Made by a program: the position numbers and the translations under genes. Of a stretch of DNA of 64,000 nucleotides, positions 20,011 through 28,519 are shown in pieces. Source of the DNA: Balneolaceae bacterium. GTDB taxonomy: Bacteria > Bacteroidota > Rhodothermia > Balneolales > Balneolaceae. The DNA lies in NCBI GenBank assembly GCA_020832285.1, contig JAFIFB010000105.1, positions 10,777 through 74,776 of the forward strand, given 5' to 3'. Below the pieces are notes generated by a model. That model was given only the letters and a program-made list of their open reading frames with translations. It did not search any database and was not told the origin of the DNA. Positions within the stretch are counted from its first letter, which is position 1; each line of letters starts with the position of its first letter.

Positions 20011-21195
20011 ATGGTTGGTCAGAAAAATTCACAAAATGTTAGAGTTTTAATTATTGAGTCACTGGCTTTGATGCGTCATATTATGGTAAAGATGATGCGC
20101 GAAGCCGAAGGAGTTACTCTCTCCGGCGCGGCAGGTTTTACGGATGAAAAGAGTGCCATCAATGCTATTAAAAAACAGAATCCGGATCTGTTACTACTGG
20201 GTGTGGATGAAATGGAATCAGGTGAAATTAAACTGTTTGAAAGATTACGTAAAGTTTTTCCGAAACTTCCTGTCGTTCTGATTACTCCTCTCAGCGAAAA
20301 AGGAGCAGAAATTGCCATTTTCGGTTTAAGGAATGGTGCCATTGACTTCATAACCAAACCTGACCAAAGAAATGGTTTGATTTTTGCCAGCAATCATTTT
20401 CAAAAAAGAGTATTACCGATAGTTAAAGCAATTACCAGGCTGAATCTTGAAAGAGTAGCTGAATACAATTTGCCAAAAAATGAAAAAGGCCAACAGCCGA
20501 TAACCAGTTTACCCAATGGACCGGAAAGGATTACCAACTATAAAATTGGGCTTCTTTCTATTAACGGCTGCCTGGGTGCTATACCCAGCCTCTTTAATCT
20601 TGTGTCTGAACTTCCTGCCAACTTGCCTGTGCCGGTTGTAATTGTTCAGCATATGCCAAAAAAATATACCGATGAACTGGCGAGACAGCTGGATGGGGTG
20701 ACTCCTCTGCATGTACGTGAGGCAAAGAATAGTAGCCTTTTACTTCCCGGACAGGTCTATCTGGCACCGGGAGGGTATCATTCGGTGGTTCGTAATGAGG
20801 GGCCCCGCAGGATTCTCAGTTTACACCGTGGCCCGAGGGAACATAAATACAGGCCATCTATTGATGTTTTTCTGCGGTCGGCAGTCAATGTTTACAACGG
20901 AAAAGTATTGGGAGTTTTTTTGTCGGGAGGCGGTAACGACGGAATAGATGGTGCTATGGAAGTTTTAAATGCCGGGGGAGTTGTTATGCTTGAAAACAAT
21001 GAAAGTGCTTTGTTGTGGGATATGCCTTCCAAAATATTGAAGCTCAAAACCGGTCTGAATCAATATCCTGCCGAACAGATTTCTGTAGAAATCAGAAAAA
21101 ACCTTATTCCGGAAAAAGAGAAAAAGATTACAGAACCACTTCACGCGAAAAAAAGTCAGAAATTTACATTTGATATAATAAAAACAACTAATTAA
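20011..21195 (+). CDS. CheB-like protein (receiver-like domain + methylesterase/deamidase fold) with non-canonical active site
   Basis: C-terminal domain aligns to CheB: VVIVQHMPKKYT (His retained), LSGGGNDG (Asp retained), PSIDVF. The GASTGG nucleophile motif reads NGCLGA (Ser to Cys). In the N-terminal REC-like domain the acidic pair is replaced by ES; ITP and FITKP are retained. Confidence 0.8.
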   Translation: MVGQKNSQNVRVLIIESLALMRHIMVKMMREAEGVTLSGAAGFTDEKSAINAIKKQNPDLLLLGVDEMESGEIKLFERLRKVFPKLPVVLITPLSEKGAEIAIFGLRNGAIDFITKPDQRNGLIFASNHFQKRVLPIVKAITRLNLERVAEYNLPKNEKGQQPITSLPNGPERITNYKIGLLSINGCLGAIPSLFNLVSELPANLPVPVVIVQHMPKKYTDELARQLDGVTPLHVREAKNSSLLLPGQVYLAPGGYHSVVRNEGPRRILSLHRGPREHKYRPSIDVFLRSAVNVYNGKVLGVFLSGGGNDGIDGAMEVLNAGGVVMLENNESALLWDMPSKILKLKTGLNQYPAEQISVEIRKNLIPEKEKKITEPLHAKKSQKFTFDIIKTTN

Positions 21196-21220
21196 GGGTC
21201 ATCATTTAATTGTAAATATC

Positions 21221-22075
21221 ATGATCAAACGAATTTTGATTGCTCTCGATCCCGATGAAGATACTCCGGTTGCAACGCGATATGCCATTCGTCTGGCAAG
21301 ACGATTTGACGCAAGCCTCACCGGACTTGCTATGGTTGATACTTCAAATATAGAGACAGTCATTGGTGTTGGCGGATATGGGACCGAAATATATGGTCGC
21401 CAGATTTGGACAGAGATGACTGCAGAAAGCCGAAAAGTAGCCGAAAAACTATTGCAATCGTTTCAGCGATCTGTTCAAAAAGAAGGGGTGCGGTATCGCG
21501 AGATCAAAAAACAGGGAGCTTCTTATGACCTCATCATTGAAGAGATGAAATATCACGATATGTTGGTTTTAGGTCGCGACTCTCACTTTTTTTATAATCA
21601 GCCCGAAAAAGACACAGGTACTCTTGCAAAGGTTGTAAAAGGGGGAGTGGCTCCAACTCTTGTCGTTACCGAAGAATATAGGGATGTTGAGCAGATTATG
21701 ATTGCATTTGACGGAAGTGCACCTGCCGCCCGGACTCTGAAAAGCTTTGTACATCTGCTCCCTTACGGGAAAGATTTAGATATTGAGTTGGTGGCTGTCA
21801 CCGAAGGTTCATCAGAACATCATAAAAACAGCTCAGAAACACTGCTTAAACAGGCCGAATACTATTTGAAAGAACATCACTTCAGTTATATTACCAGAAC
21901 GTTACTTGAAAAGGGAAATCCGGGTCAACGAATTTTAGATCAACAATTAAAGAAAAACCCTGATCTTTTATTACTTGGAGCCCATTCCGTTTCAGCAATC
22001 CGAAGAGCTGCATTTGGATCAACAACTCATTTTATGATTACACACACCCAAGGGCCACTGTTTCTTAGCCCATAA
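21221..22075 (+). CDS. Universal stress protein, tandem USP domains
   Basis: 284 aa with two USP halves (MIKRILIALDPDEDT...; QIMIAFDGSAPA...LLLLGAHSVSAIRRAAFGSTTHFMITH). It lies 25 nt downstream of the CheB-like gene. Confidence 0.88.
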   Translation: MIKRILIALDPDEDTPVATRYAIRLARRFDASLTGLAMVDTSNIETVIGVGGYGTEIYGRQIWTEMTAESRKVAEKLLQSFQRSVQKEGVRYREIKKQGASYDLIIEEMKYHDMLVLGRDSHFFYNQPEKDTGTLAKVVKGGVAPTLVVTEEYRDVEQIMIAFDGSAPAARTLKSFVHLLPYGKDLDIELVAVTEGSSEHHKNSSETLLKQAEYYLKEHHFSYITRTLLEKGNPGQRILDQQLKKNPDLLLLGAHSVSAIRRAAFGSTTHFMITHTQGPLFLSP

Positions 22076-22222
22076 CCAATTCACCCGGTTCAGCTTGAAA
22101 CGGAAATGGTTTTTTTGGGAGTTAAGTCTTCTAAAAAGTATAGTACTAATTCGAATTCATTTTTCTTTAGATAGAAAAAATTTATTCCAGAAACTCTTCA
22201 GATTATATAGTGTTATGTCAAC

Positions 22223-22332
22223 GATAAAAAGTCGGGTAAGTCATCAGACGAGCTTTTAAAAAAAACCAATGACGATAATTGGGATGATCCCGGATTGACT
22301 CCTCTGATGACTCTCTCACACTTTTACAGTTG
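22223..22332. repeat. Intergenic repeat element, copy A (related to 63593..63707)
   Basis: Colinear with copy B: GATAAAAAG-GGGTAAG-CAGA-Tn/An run-15 nt-GGGATGATCC-GGAT-ACTC-TCTxTCACAC-TTT-ACAG-TG. Confidence 0.6.
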
Positions 22333-22424
22333 AAACGATAATAGGTATTGTTATAAAAGAAACAAATCTAATTATCTTGAGGAGATGAATTTTATTCAAT
22401 TATGAGCTTTTCAAAATTATTGTA

Positions 22425-23603
22425 TCATCGCTCACTCCACTCCGGTGTTGGAAATCTTGGTTCGCCAGTTGAAAGGTCATCGGGCCATACTACCACTTTT
22501 TCACCATCCTGCCACTGAATAAATAGTCCCCGGTTGGCGATTTGATATCCTCTTTCATCCACGGCATAGTCGCTGAGGATGGTTTGCATCTCCAGGTTTA
22601 AAAGCTCTTCACGCAGCAAGTCGGAATCAAGAGATTGAGTGCGCCGTACTGCCTCTACAAAAATCTGGCAGCTTGCATACGCACCTGCAGCATGAAAGCT
22701 GGGTTCCATGTTGAACCTCTGCCGGTAGGAATCAACAAATTCATCGATGCCGGGATTAGGCAGGCTCGGTTCCCAGGCCGAGAGGCCGTAGGCATATTCT
22801 GCATCTTCGCCCAATGCATCGCGGAACTGAGTCACAGCACCCGAGGTTCCGAACATTTTAACGTTTATGTCATGTTCCTTCATCTGCTGCACTACGGTGA
22901 TGAAATTATCCAGCGCAGAGGCGGCCATTCCAACCACTTCCACATCAGCTTCCCGGATTGCCTCCAGGTAATCCGAAAAGTCATCCGTTCCGCTGGGGTA
23001 AGTTTCGTGGAGTACTACATTCAACTCTCTTTCTTCGGCCAGTTCGGCAGCACCGTCACCGGCTGCCCTGGGGAAAAGCTGATCTTCCTGGAGAATGGCC
23101 ACCCGCTCAAGGCCGTTTTCGTCCGCCATATCAATCAACCCCGCCAGGAACAGCTCGGCAGGAGGGAGCACCATAAAGAGATATTCACGTCCCTGCTCCC
23201 AAATGGAAGCGGTGGCGGCCAGCGGGGAGATATGAACCATCCTGTGCTCTTCTGTTACAGGGGCAACAGCCTCGGTGAGTGTGGAGCCATAAGGTCCCAT
23301 AATTGCATCCACTGAATCACCTGTGATGAGCTGTTCATAAAGTTCAATGGCTCTGTCGGAATCGGATTCATCATCATAGATCAGAAATTCTATATCCCGG
23401 CCAAGGATACCGCCCTGTTCATTGGTGTGATCCTGGCAGAGCAGGTAACCGTTCCGGGCGGCAATGCCCTGTGTGCTGTATGCCCCGGTTTCCGACATAG
23501 TAGCCCCGATCACTACCGGTGGGTCAGTTTGCATCATGTTGTACATCATAAAAAGAAGGAAAGCGATAAAGAAGATCAGTACGAGTATCAGGGGTTTTTT
23601 CAT
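22425..23603 (-). CDS. Periplasmic substrate-binding protein, LivJ/branched-chain amino-acid type (type I PBP), orphan
   Basis: Signal/anchor MKKPLILVLIFFIAFLLF. VIGATMSETGAYSTQGIAARNGYLL...GPYGSTLTEAVAPV typical of the Leu/Ile/Val-binding fold. The ATG at 23603 is preferred over the TTG at 23630. No permease or ATPase genes lie nearby. Confidence 0.8.
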   Translation of the reverse strand: MKKPLILVLIFFIAFLLFMMYNMMQTDPPVVIGATMSETGAYSTQGIAARNGYLLCQDHTNEQGGILGRDIEFLIYDDESDSDRAIELYEQLITGDSVDAIMGPYGSTLTEAVAPVTEEHRMVHISPLAATASIWEQGREYLFMVLPPAELFLAGLIDMADENGLERVAILQEDQLFPRAAGDGAAELAEERELNVVLHETYPSGTDDFSDYLEAIREADVEVVGMAASALDNFITVVQQMKEHDINVKMFGTSGAVTQFRDALGEDAEYAYGLSAWEPSLPNPGIDEFVDSYRQRFNMEPSFHAAGAYASCQIFVEAVRRTQSLDSDLLREELLNLEMQTILSDYAVDERGYQIANRGLFIQWQDGEKVVVWPDDLSTGEPRFPTPEWSER

Positions 23604-23726
23604 GAGAAAATTTTCTTCGGGTAAAACCAATTAAGTTATAAGTATGAGTAAATAATTTACCAATATTCCCGAAGACAAAAAGATTGTTATGGTTAATTAT
23701 CATAGAGTATCCCGCAAATCATGCCT

Positions 23727-23746
23727 ATCACAGTTATAACTGTGAT
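23727..23746. promoter_or_regulatory. Perfect 20-bp palindrome ATCACAGTTATAACTGTGAT (candidate operator)
   Basis: Read directly from the sequence. It is followed by GTGAT at 23751 and TGTGAT at 23774. It lies about 125 nt upstream of the binding-protein start. Confidence 0.45.
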
Positions 23747-23942
23747 TTTTGTGATTGAGATGATAGACTGTGATGATATTTAGAGAATGAATGTCAAGAT
23801 TTGTATATCAAAGTATATTCTAAAAATCATAGCAATAATTATCAAGGGACACGATTATTCTCACACACCTTAGCTCGACATTTTACTGATAATTTTCAAT
23901 TGACATAACATTAGTTGGTAGCCATATAATGAGATAAATGAA

Positions 23943-24788
23943 TCAAACATCCAGCAGGACATACTTCTTGTACCTGTCTCTCGAAAGTTTACCTGATTTT
24001 TTATAAAGCGAGTGATAAAAGTAGAGAACAGCTTTTTCCTGAAGGGCTCGTTTCAACAGAATGGTTTTTGCTTTTTTTGATTCAAGGGGATCCGTATCCA
24101 CATGTTTCATCGAATAATGGTTCAGGTGATACTCTGTCGGTATCAGGTCACCCAAAAAATAGGCAATTTTATCCCGGCTTGTCAGCTTGAGAACTAAATG
24201 ACCGGGTGTGTGCCCCCCGCTTTTAATCAGGGTGATTCCTCTTGAGGGTGTATGAACATCATCTTCAATAAATTCAATTCGTTTTTGGGCGACCAGTTTA
24301 TATAACTCATCGAGGTCGTATTTTGCACCGGGCAGGATTGAAGGTTTGTTTATCCTGGTTAGCGCAAAATCCCACTCATCTTTGTGAACGATATATTTCG
24401 CATTTGGAAACGTAGCTTCCGTTTCGAATTCGCTGTTTATAAATGAACAGCCTGCTACATGATCATAATGCAGATGGGTCAGAATAACCAGGTCGATATC
24501 TTCCCGTTTGAGGCCGAATATATCAAGGTTGGTCGCCACATTCGATGTATTGCGGTAGGAACTTTTATGGTCCAGCCCCCAGCCAAGACCGGGGTCTACC
24601 ACAATGTTTTTTCCGTAATGACAGATTAAAAGCGGGTCAATGCCCAGGGCAGAGGTAAACTTTCCAATATTGGGATCGTCTCCGGCGGAGTCCAGGCGTG
24701 AGGGGTCCATTTTTTGGAATGAACCGTCCTCAAACAGTTCAAAAAACCCTTCGCTGAGCTGCTCAATAAAAAAATCATCTGTTCTCAT
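23943..24788 (-). CDS. MBL-fold metallo-hydrolase
   Basis: THLHYDHVAG (HxHxDH) and a downstream GGHTPGH motif. Confidence 0.85.
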   Translation of the reverse strand: MRTDDFFIEQLSEGFFELFEDGSFQKMDPSRLDSAGDDPNIGKFTSALGIDPLLICHYGKNIVVDPGLGWGLDHKSSYRNTSNVATNLDIFGLKREDIDLVILTHLHYDHVAGCSFINSEFETEATFPNAKYIVHKDEWDFALTRINKPSILPGAKYDLDELYKLVAQKRIEFIEDDVHTPSRGITLIKSGGHTPGHLVLKLTSRDKIAYFLGDLIPTEYHLNHYSMKHVDTDPLESKKAKTILLKRALQEKAVLYFYHSLYKKSGKLSRDRYKKYVLLDV

Positions 24789-24895
24789 ACATAAAGGTTA
24801 ATAAATACCATTTCAAAAGAGAGAGCCGGAAAAGGTTTTTTGCTGACAAAACAGTTGATGTTTAGCCCGGAAAATCTCTTGGTGAGAAATCACGG

Positions 24896-26680
24896 TTAGT
24901 TTACATCGATTCGAATAGGAAGAAGTTTCCAGTTTTGCCCTGCGGGATGCTCCAGCATGGTCTGAAATGTTGCGGCATCCTCCAGCACATCCATTGGCAT
25001 CCAGCTTCTGAGAGCCGAATAAAATCTGTCACTCGATGAACTCATCAGCCGTTCAAAAAAATCAACCCGGCGGGGATATACATCAACCGTGTACTCCTCA
25101 ATATCGGCCATTTCAGCGGCTACGTTTAGTGCATCATGGATATCTCCGATCATATCAATCAGGCCAAGCTCTTTCGCCCGCTGACCGGTATAAACACGCC
25201 CTTGGGCAATTTCATGGACCTCTTCACGTGTCATGTTCCGTGATTCTGCTACAGACATCAGGAAGTTTTCGTAGCCATTTTCAGCGATTTGTTGCAGTAC
25301 CTGCCGTTCTGAGGGCGTCATTGGGCGGCTGATATCGAGCCAGTCGGCATACTCATGCGTTTTCATGGTTTCATATTTGATGCCAATGTTTTCGGTTAAA
25401 AGCTCCTGGGCGTTAAACATAAGGTTAAAAACCCCGATGGAACCGGTGATAGTATTCTCCTGTGCAAGAATGGTATCTGCTGCAGAAGCCATCTGGTAAC
25501 CTGCCGAGGCCGCAACACCACCCATAGAGGCTACAATCGGTTTTTTCTTTGATGCATCGTTAATATAATGCCAGATCAGATCAGATGAATTGGAAGCACC
25601 TCCGGGGCTGTTTATGTGAATCACAATTGATTTCACATCGTCATCTTCGAGAATGCTGTCTAACTGTCTTTTAATGCCACGCGGTGTTATCCCTGATGAA
25701 CTGGAAAAGGGTGACTCAGCCATTGCTGGTAATATAGCACCTGAAGCATAGATAATGGCAATTTTGTTATCGGTGTCGGGAGTATCAAGCCCTGCACGAT
25801 CTGCAGAAACCCTTGAGTAGCGGGCATATGAAACTGTTCTCAGATCAGAATCTTCATCAACATCAAGGCGTTTCTTAATCATTTGCTCTACCTCATCGGA
25901 ATAGGCAAGGGCATCAAACAAGCCATGTTCATACGCAAATTGTACACGGTCAACAGGAGGTGTGTCCATCAGATCGTTGATTTCATCATGAGTTTTCCCA
26001 GTTCGTTTGGCGACAGCTGCTACGAATGTGTCGGAAACCGTATCTAAGATTTCCCGGGTTTGTTCACGGCTTTCCGGTGAGCTGGATTCATTCAGAAATG
26101 GTTCCACAGCCGATTTGTACCGGCCAACTCGTGTGATTTCCGGCTCAATTCCTATCTTTTCGAGCATCGGCCTGTAAAAAGAGAACTGGGCTACAAATCC
26201 GTCAAATTCAAAACTGGTATTGGGAGGTGAAAAAACACTGTCAGCTACAGAAGCCAGAAAATATGCTTTCTCATTCATTCCGATATCATCTGTACTGAAA
26301 TAGAGAGGTTTGCCACTCTCCTTAAATTCTTCAAAGTATCGATATGCGGTTTCAAGATTGGCCCACGATGCAACTACCTGGTTAGTTCGCACCCAAACAG
26401 CGGATATATTGTCGTCTGCTGCGGCTTTCCTGAGGTTACTACGCAAGCCCTGCAGCGAAACAGGACGCGCTTCAGGATTGAAAAGCTCCTCGAACGGATC
26501 TTCTATTGGCCGATGAGGAATATCAGGTGAAAGATTAATTGTCAGTACGGTATTTGCCCTGATATATGGTTCGGATTCTGTGGAACTGCTTATCAGAATC
26601 CCGGCAAAAATCAAAATGATTAAAAAAATTCCCAGTATGGTACCCAGCAGGGATGCTAAAACTGTTTTCAAAAATTGCAT
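24896..26680 (-). CDS. sppA: Signal peptide peptidase SppA, 67K type (two S49 domains)
   Basis: 594 aa. N-terminal TM segment. INSPGGASNSSDLI, MGGVAASAGYQMASAAD. Confidence 0.88.
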   Translation of the reverse strand: MQFLKTVLASLLGTILGIFLIILIFAGILISSSTESEPYIRANTVLTINLSPDIPHRPIEDPFEELFNPEARPVSLQGLRSNLRKAAADDNISAVWVRTNQVVASWANLETAYRYFEEFKESGKPLYFSTDDIGMNEKAYFLASVADSVFSPPNTSFEFDGFVAQFSFYRPMLEKIGIEPEITRVGRYKSAVEPFLNESSSPESREQTREILDTVSDTFVAAVAKRTGKTHDEINDLMDTPPVDRVQFAYEHGLFDALAYSDEVEQMIKKRLDVDEDSDLRTVSYARYSRVSADRAGLDTPDTDNKIAIIYASGAILPAMAESPFSSSSGITPRGIKRQLDSILEDDDVKSIVIHINSPGGASNSSDLIWHYINDASKKKPIVASMGGVAASAGYQMASAADTILAQENTITGSIGVFNLMFNAQELLTENIGIKYETMKTHEYADWLDISRPMTPSERQVLQQIAENGYENFLMSVAESRNMTREEVHEIAQGRVYTGQRAKELGLIDMIGDIHDALNVAAEMADIEEYTVDVYPRRVDFFERLMSSSSDRFYSALRSWMPMDVLEDAATFQTMLEHPAGQNWKLLPIRIDVN

Positions 26681-26915
26681 AAAAAAATTTCAGTTATTGA
26701 ATTCCTTGTGAATAAGTTTGGTTGAACGGTTGTTACTCTATGCCGGAAATATTCTTTATAATTATTGATTCGACAATACCGTAATTTTACAACTTACTAA
26801 AAGATAGAATTCATTCCATAATATTTGGTGAAATTAAATCTGATTTCTCATCTATAGAGGTTTCAAATATTATTTCCTGGTATATGAATTAAAGCTCTCA
26901 AACTTTCTACGTTAA

Positions 26916-28517
26916 ATGAATAATTTTGATGCAATTATTATTGGATCGGGACACAATGGACTGATAACCGGCTGTTATCTTGCCAGAGCAGGTATGAAAG
27001 TGGGTGTACTTGAACGGCGAGATACGATCGGGGGGGCTGTTTGTACCGAAACGATGTTTCAATCGGAAGAAAATCCCAGCGGTTTTCGGATGGATGTGGG
27101 TTCATCGGTTCATATTATGATCCACCAAACCGGGATTATCGAAGAGTTGGGGCTGACTGATTACGGCCTGGAATATATAGAGATGGACCCGTTCATGAGC
27201 TATCCGCTGCCCGGGCGAAAGGGAGTGATCCATTTTCACAAAGACCTGGAGCAGACATTGGAATCGATTTCAAAAGTATCTCCCGAAGATGTGGCAAATT
27301 ACCGGGAATTTGTAGATTTCTGGGGGCGAATCAATAAAGGGGTTCTGAAAGCATTTATGGTGCCGCCAAGCGGGAAAAATATTTTTATGGAGATGGCAAA
27401 AGGACAGATTCGTGACGGTTCCATGTTTAAAAGGGGAGAGCAGATGGACGGGCTGCAGAAAATTCTTGGCAGTTACGGAAGTGTGGTGAAAAATGCATTC
27501 AAAAGCCCCGATTTGCATGCTGCAATGACCTGGTTTGCCGCTCAGTCGGGGCCGCTGCCGGATCAGAGTGCCACGGGCGATTTTGCCGGGTGGCAGGCGA
27601 TGCTCCATCAAAGCGGGGCCAAACACCCGAGAGGAGGGAGCGGACAACTTACACAGGCGATGAAACGGTTCATCGAATCACACGGGGGTGAGGTGATCTC
27701 AAACAGTCCCGTCAAAAAAATAGATATTGCCGATGGGAAAGCCGCCGGTGTAATCACCGAAAAAGATGAATATTACAAAGCCGGCCTGATTGTATCGAAT
27801 GCTCATGTGCAGACCACGATGCTTAAACTTGTTGGCCGGGAAAACCTGGATGCATCGATGTTCAAAAAAGTGGAAAATATCCAGGTGGGCAACGGATTCG
27901 GCATGGTGATCCGCTGTGCAGTAGAGGAATTGCCGCAGTACGAATCGGCTCCGGACGATCCGCTGATTCATAACGGAATGCAGCTATTAGCGCCTTCTTT
28001 GGAGTATATGAACCGTGCAATCAGTGATTACATGAGAGGAAATCCGCCCGAAGAGCCTGCCGTTTTAGCGATGACGTTTTCCAAAATTGATCCCGATGTG
28101 GCGAAAGACGGAAAACATACACTGTTTGCCTGGGCACAATGGCACCCGTACGAGCTGGCGAATGGCGCACACTGGGATGACATCCGCGAACATGAGGCCG
28201 ATAAAATTTATGGTGTGGTAGAAAAATATGCTCCCAATATGAAGGGGAAACTGATTGATCGCTACATTCAGTCTCCACTGGATATTGAGCGAAAACACGG
28301 CCTTCTGCGGGGCAATGTGATGCATGTTGAGATGAATTTTGACCAGATGTTTATGTTCCGCCCCACCCCGGAACTAAGTAACTATGAAACACCCATCGGG
28401 AATCTGTATCTTTCCAGCGCTTCCTGCCATCCGGGCGGGGGCGTGTTTGGTGCTGCGGGCTATAACGCCGCGCAGGTGATCCTTAAAAAACGAAAGAAGA
28501 AATTTTTTAGAACCTGA
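26916..28517 (+). CDS. Phytoene-desaturase-family (CrtI-like) FAD/NAD(P)-dependent oxidoreductase
   Basis: FDAIIIGSGHNGLITGCYLARAGMKVGVLERRDTIGG dinucleotide fold. C-terminal GLYLSSASCHPGGGVFG-type motif. Confidence 0.8.
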   Translation: MNNFDAIIIGSGHNGLITGCYLARAGMKVGVLERRDTIGGAVCTETMFQSEENPSGFRMDVGSSVHIMIHQTGIIEELGLTDYGLEYIEMDPFMSYPLPGRKGVIHFHKDLEQTLESISKVSPEDVANYREFVDFWGRINKGVLKAFMVPPSGKNIFMEMAKGQIRDGSMFKRGEQMDGLQKILGSYGSVVKNAFKSPDLHAAMTWFAAQSGPLPDQSATGDFAGWQAMLHQSGAKHPRGGSGQLTQAMKRFIESHGGEVISNSPVKKIDIADGKAAGVITEKDEYYKAGLIVSNAHVQTTMLKLVGRENLDASMFKKVENIQVGNGFGMVIRCAVEELPQYESAPDDPLIHNGMQLLAPSLEYMNRAISDYMRGNPPEEPAVLAMTFSKIDPDVAKDGKHTLFAWAQWHPYELANGAHWDDIREHEADKIYGVVEKYAPNMKGKLIDRYIQSPLDIERKHGLLRGNVMHVEMNFDQMFMFRPTPELSNYETPIGNLYLSSASCHPGGGVFGAAGYNAAQVILKKRKKKFFRT

Positions 28518-28519
28518 TT

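Noticed and set aside
22635-23315. 226-aa plus-strand ORF opposite the binding-protein gene
   Set aside because: It is a shadow ORF. The minus-strand frame has a signal peptide and type I PBP motifs, while the plus-strand frame is Arg/His/Gly-rich without motifs.
23834-23888. Possible third, internally deleted relative of the repeat element (ATCAAGGGAC...ATTCTCACACAC)
   Set aside because: Only the flanking blocks match and the GGGATGATCC core is absent. The similarity is too short to separate from chance by eye.
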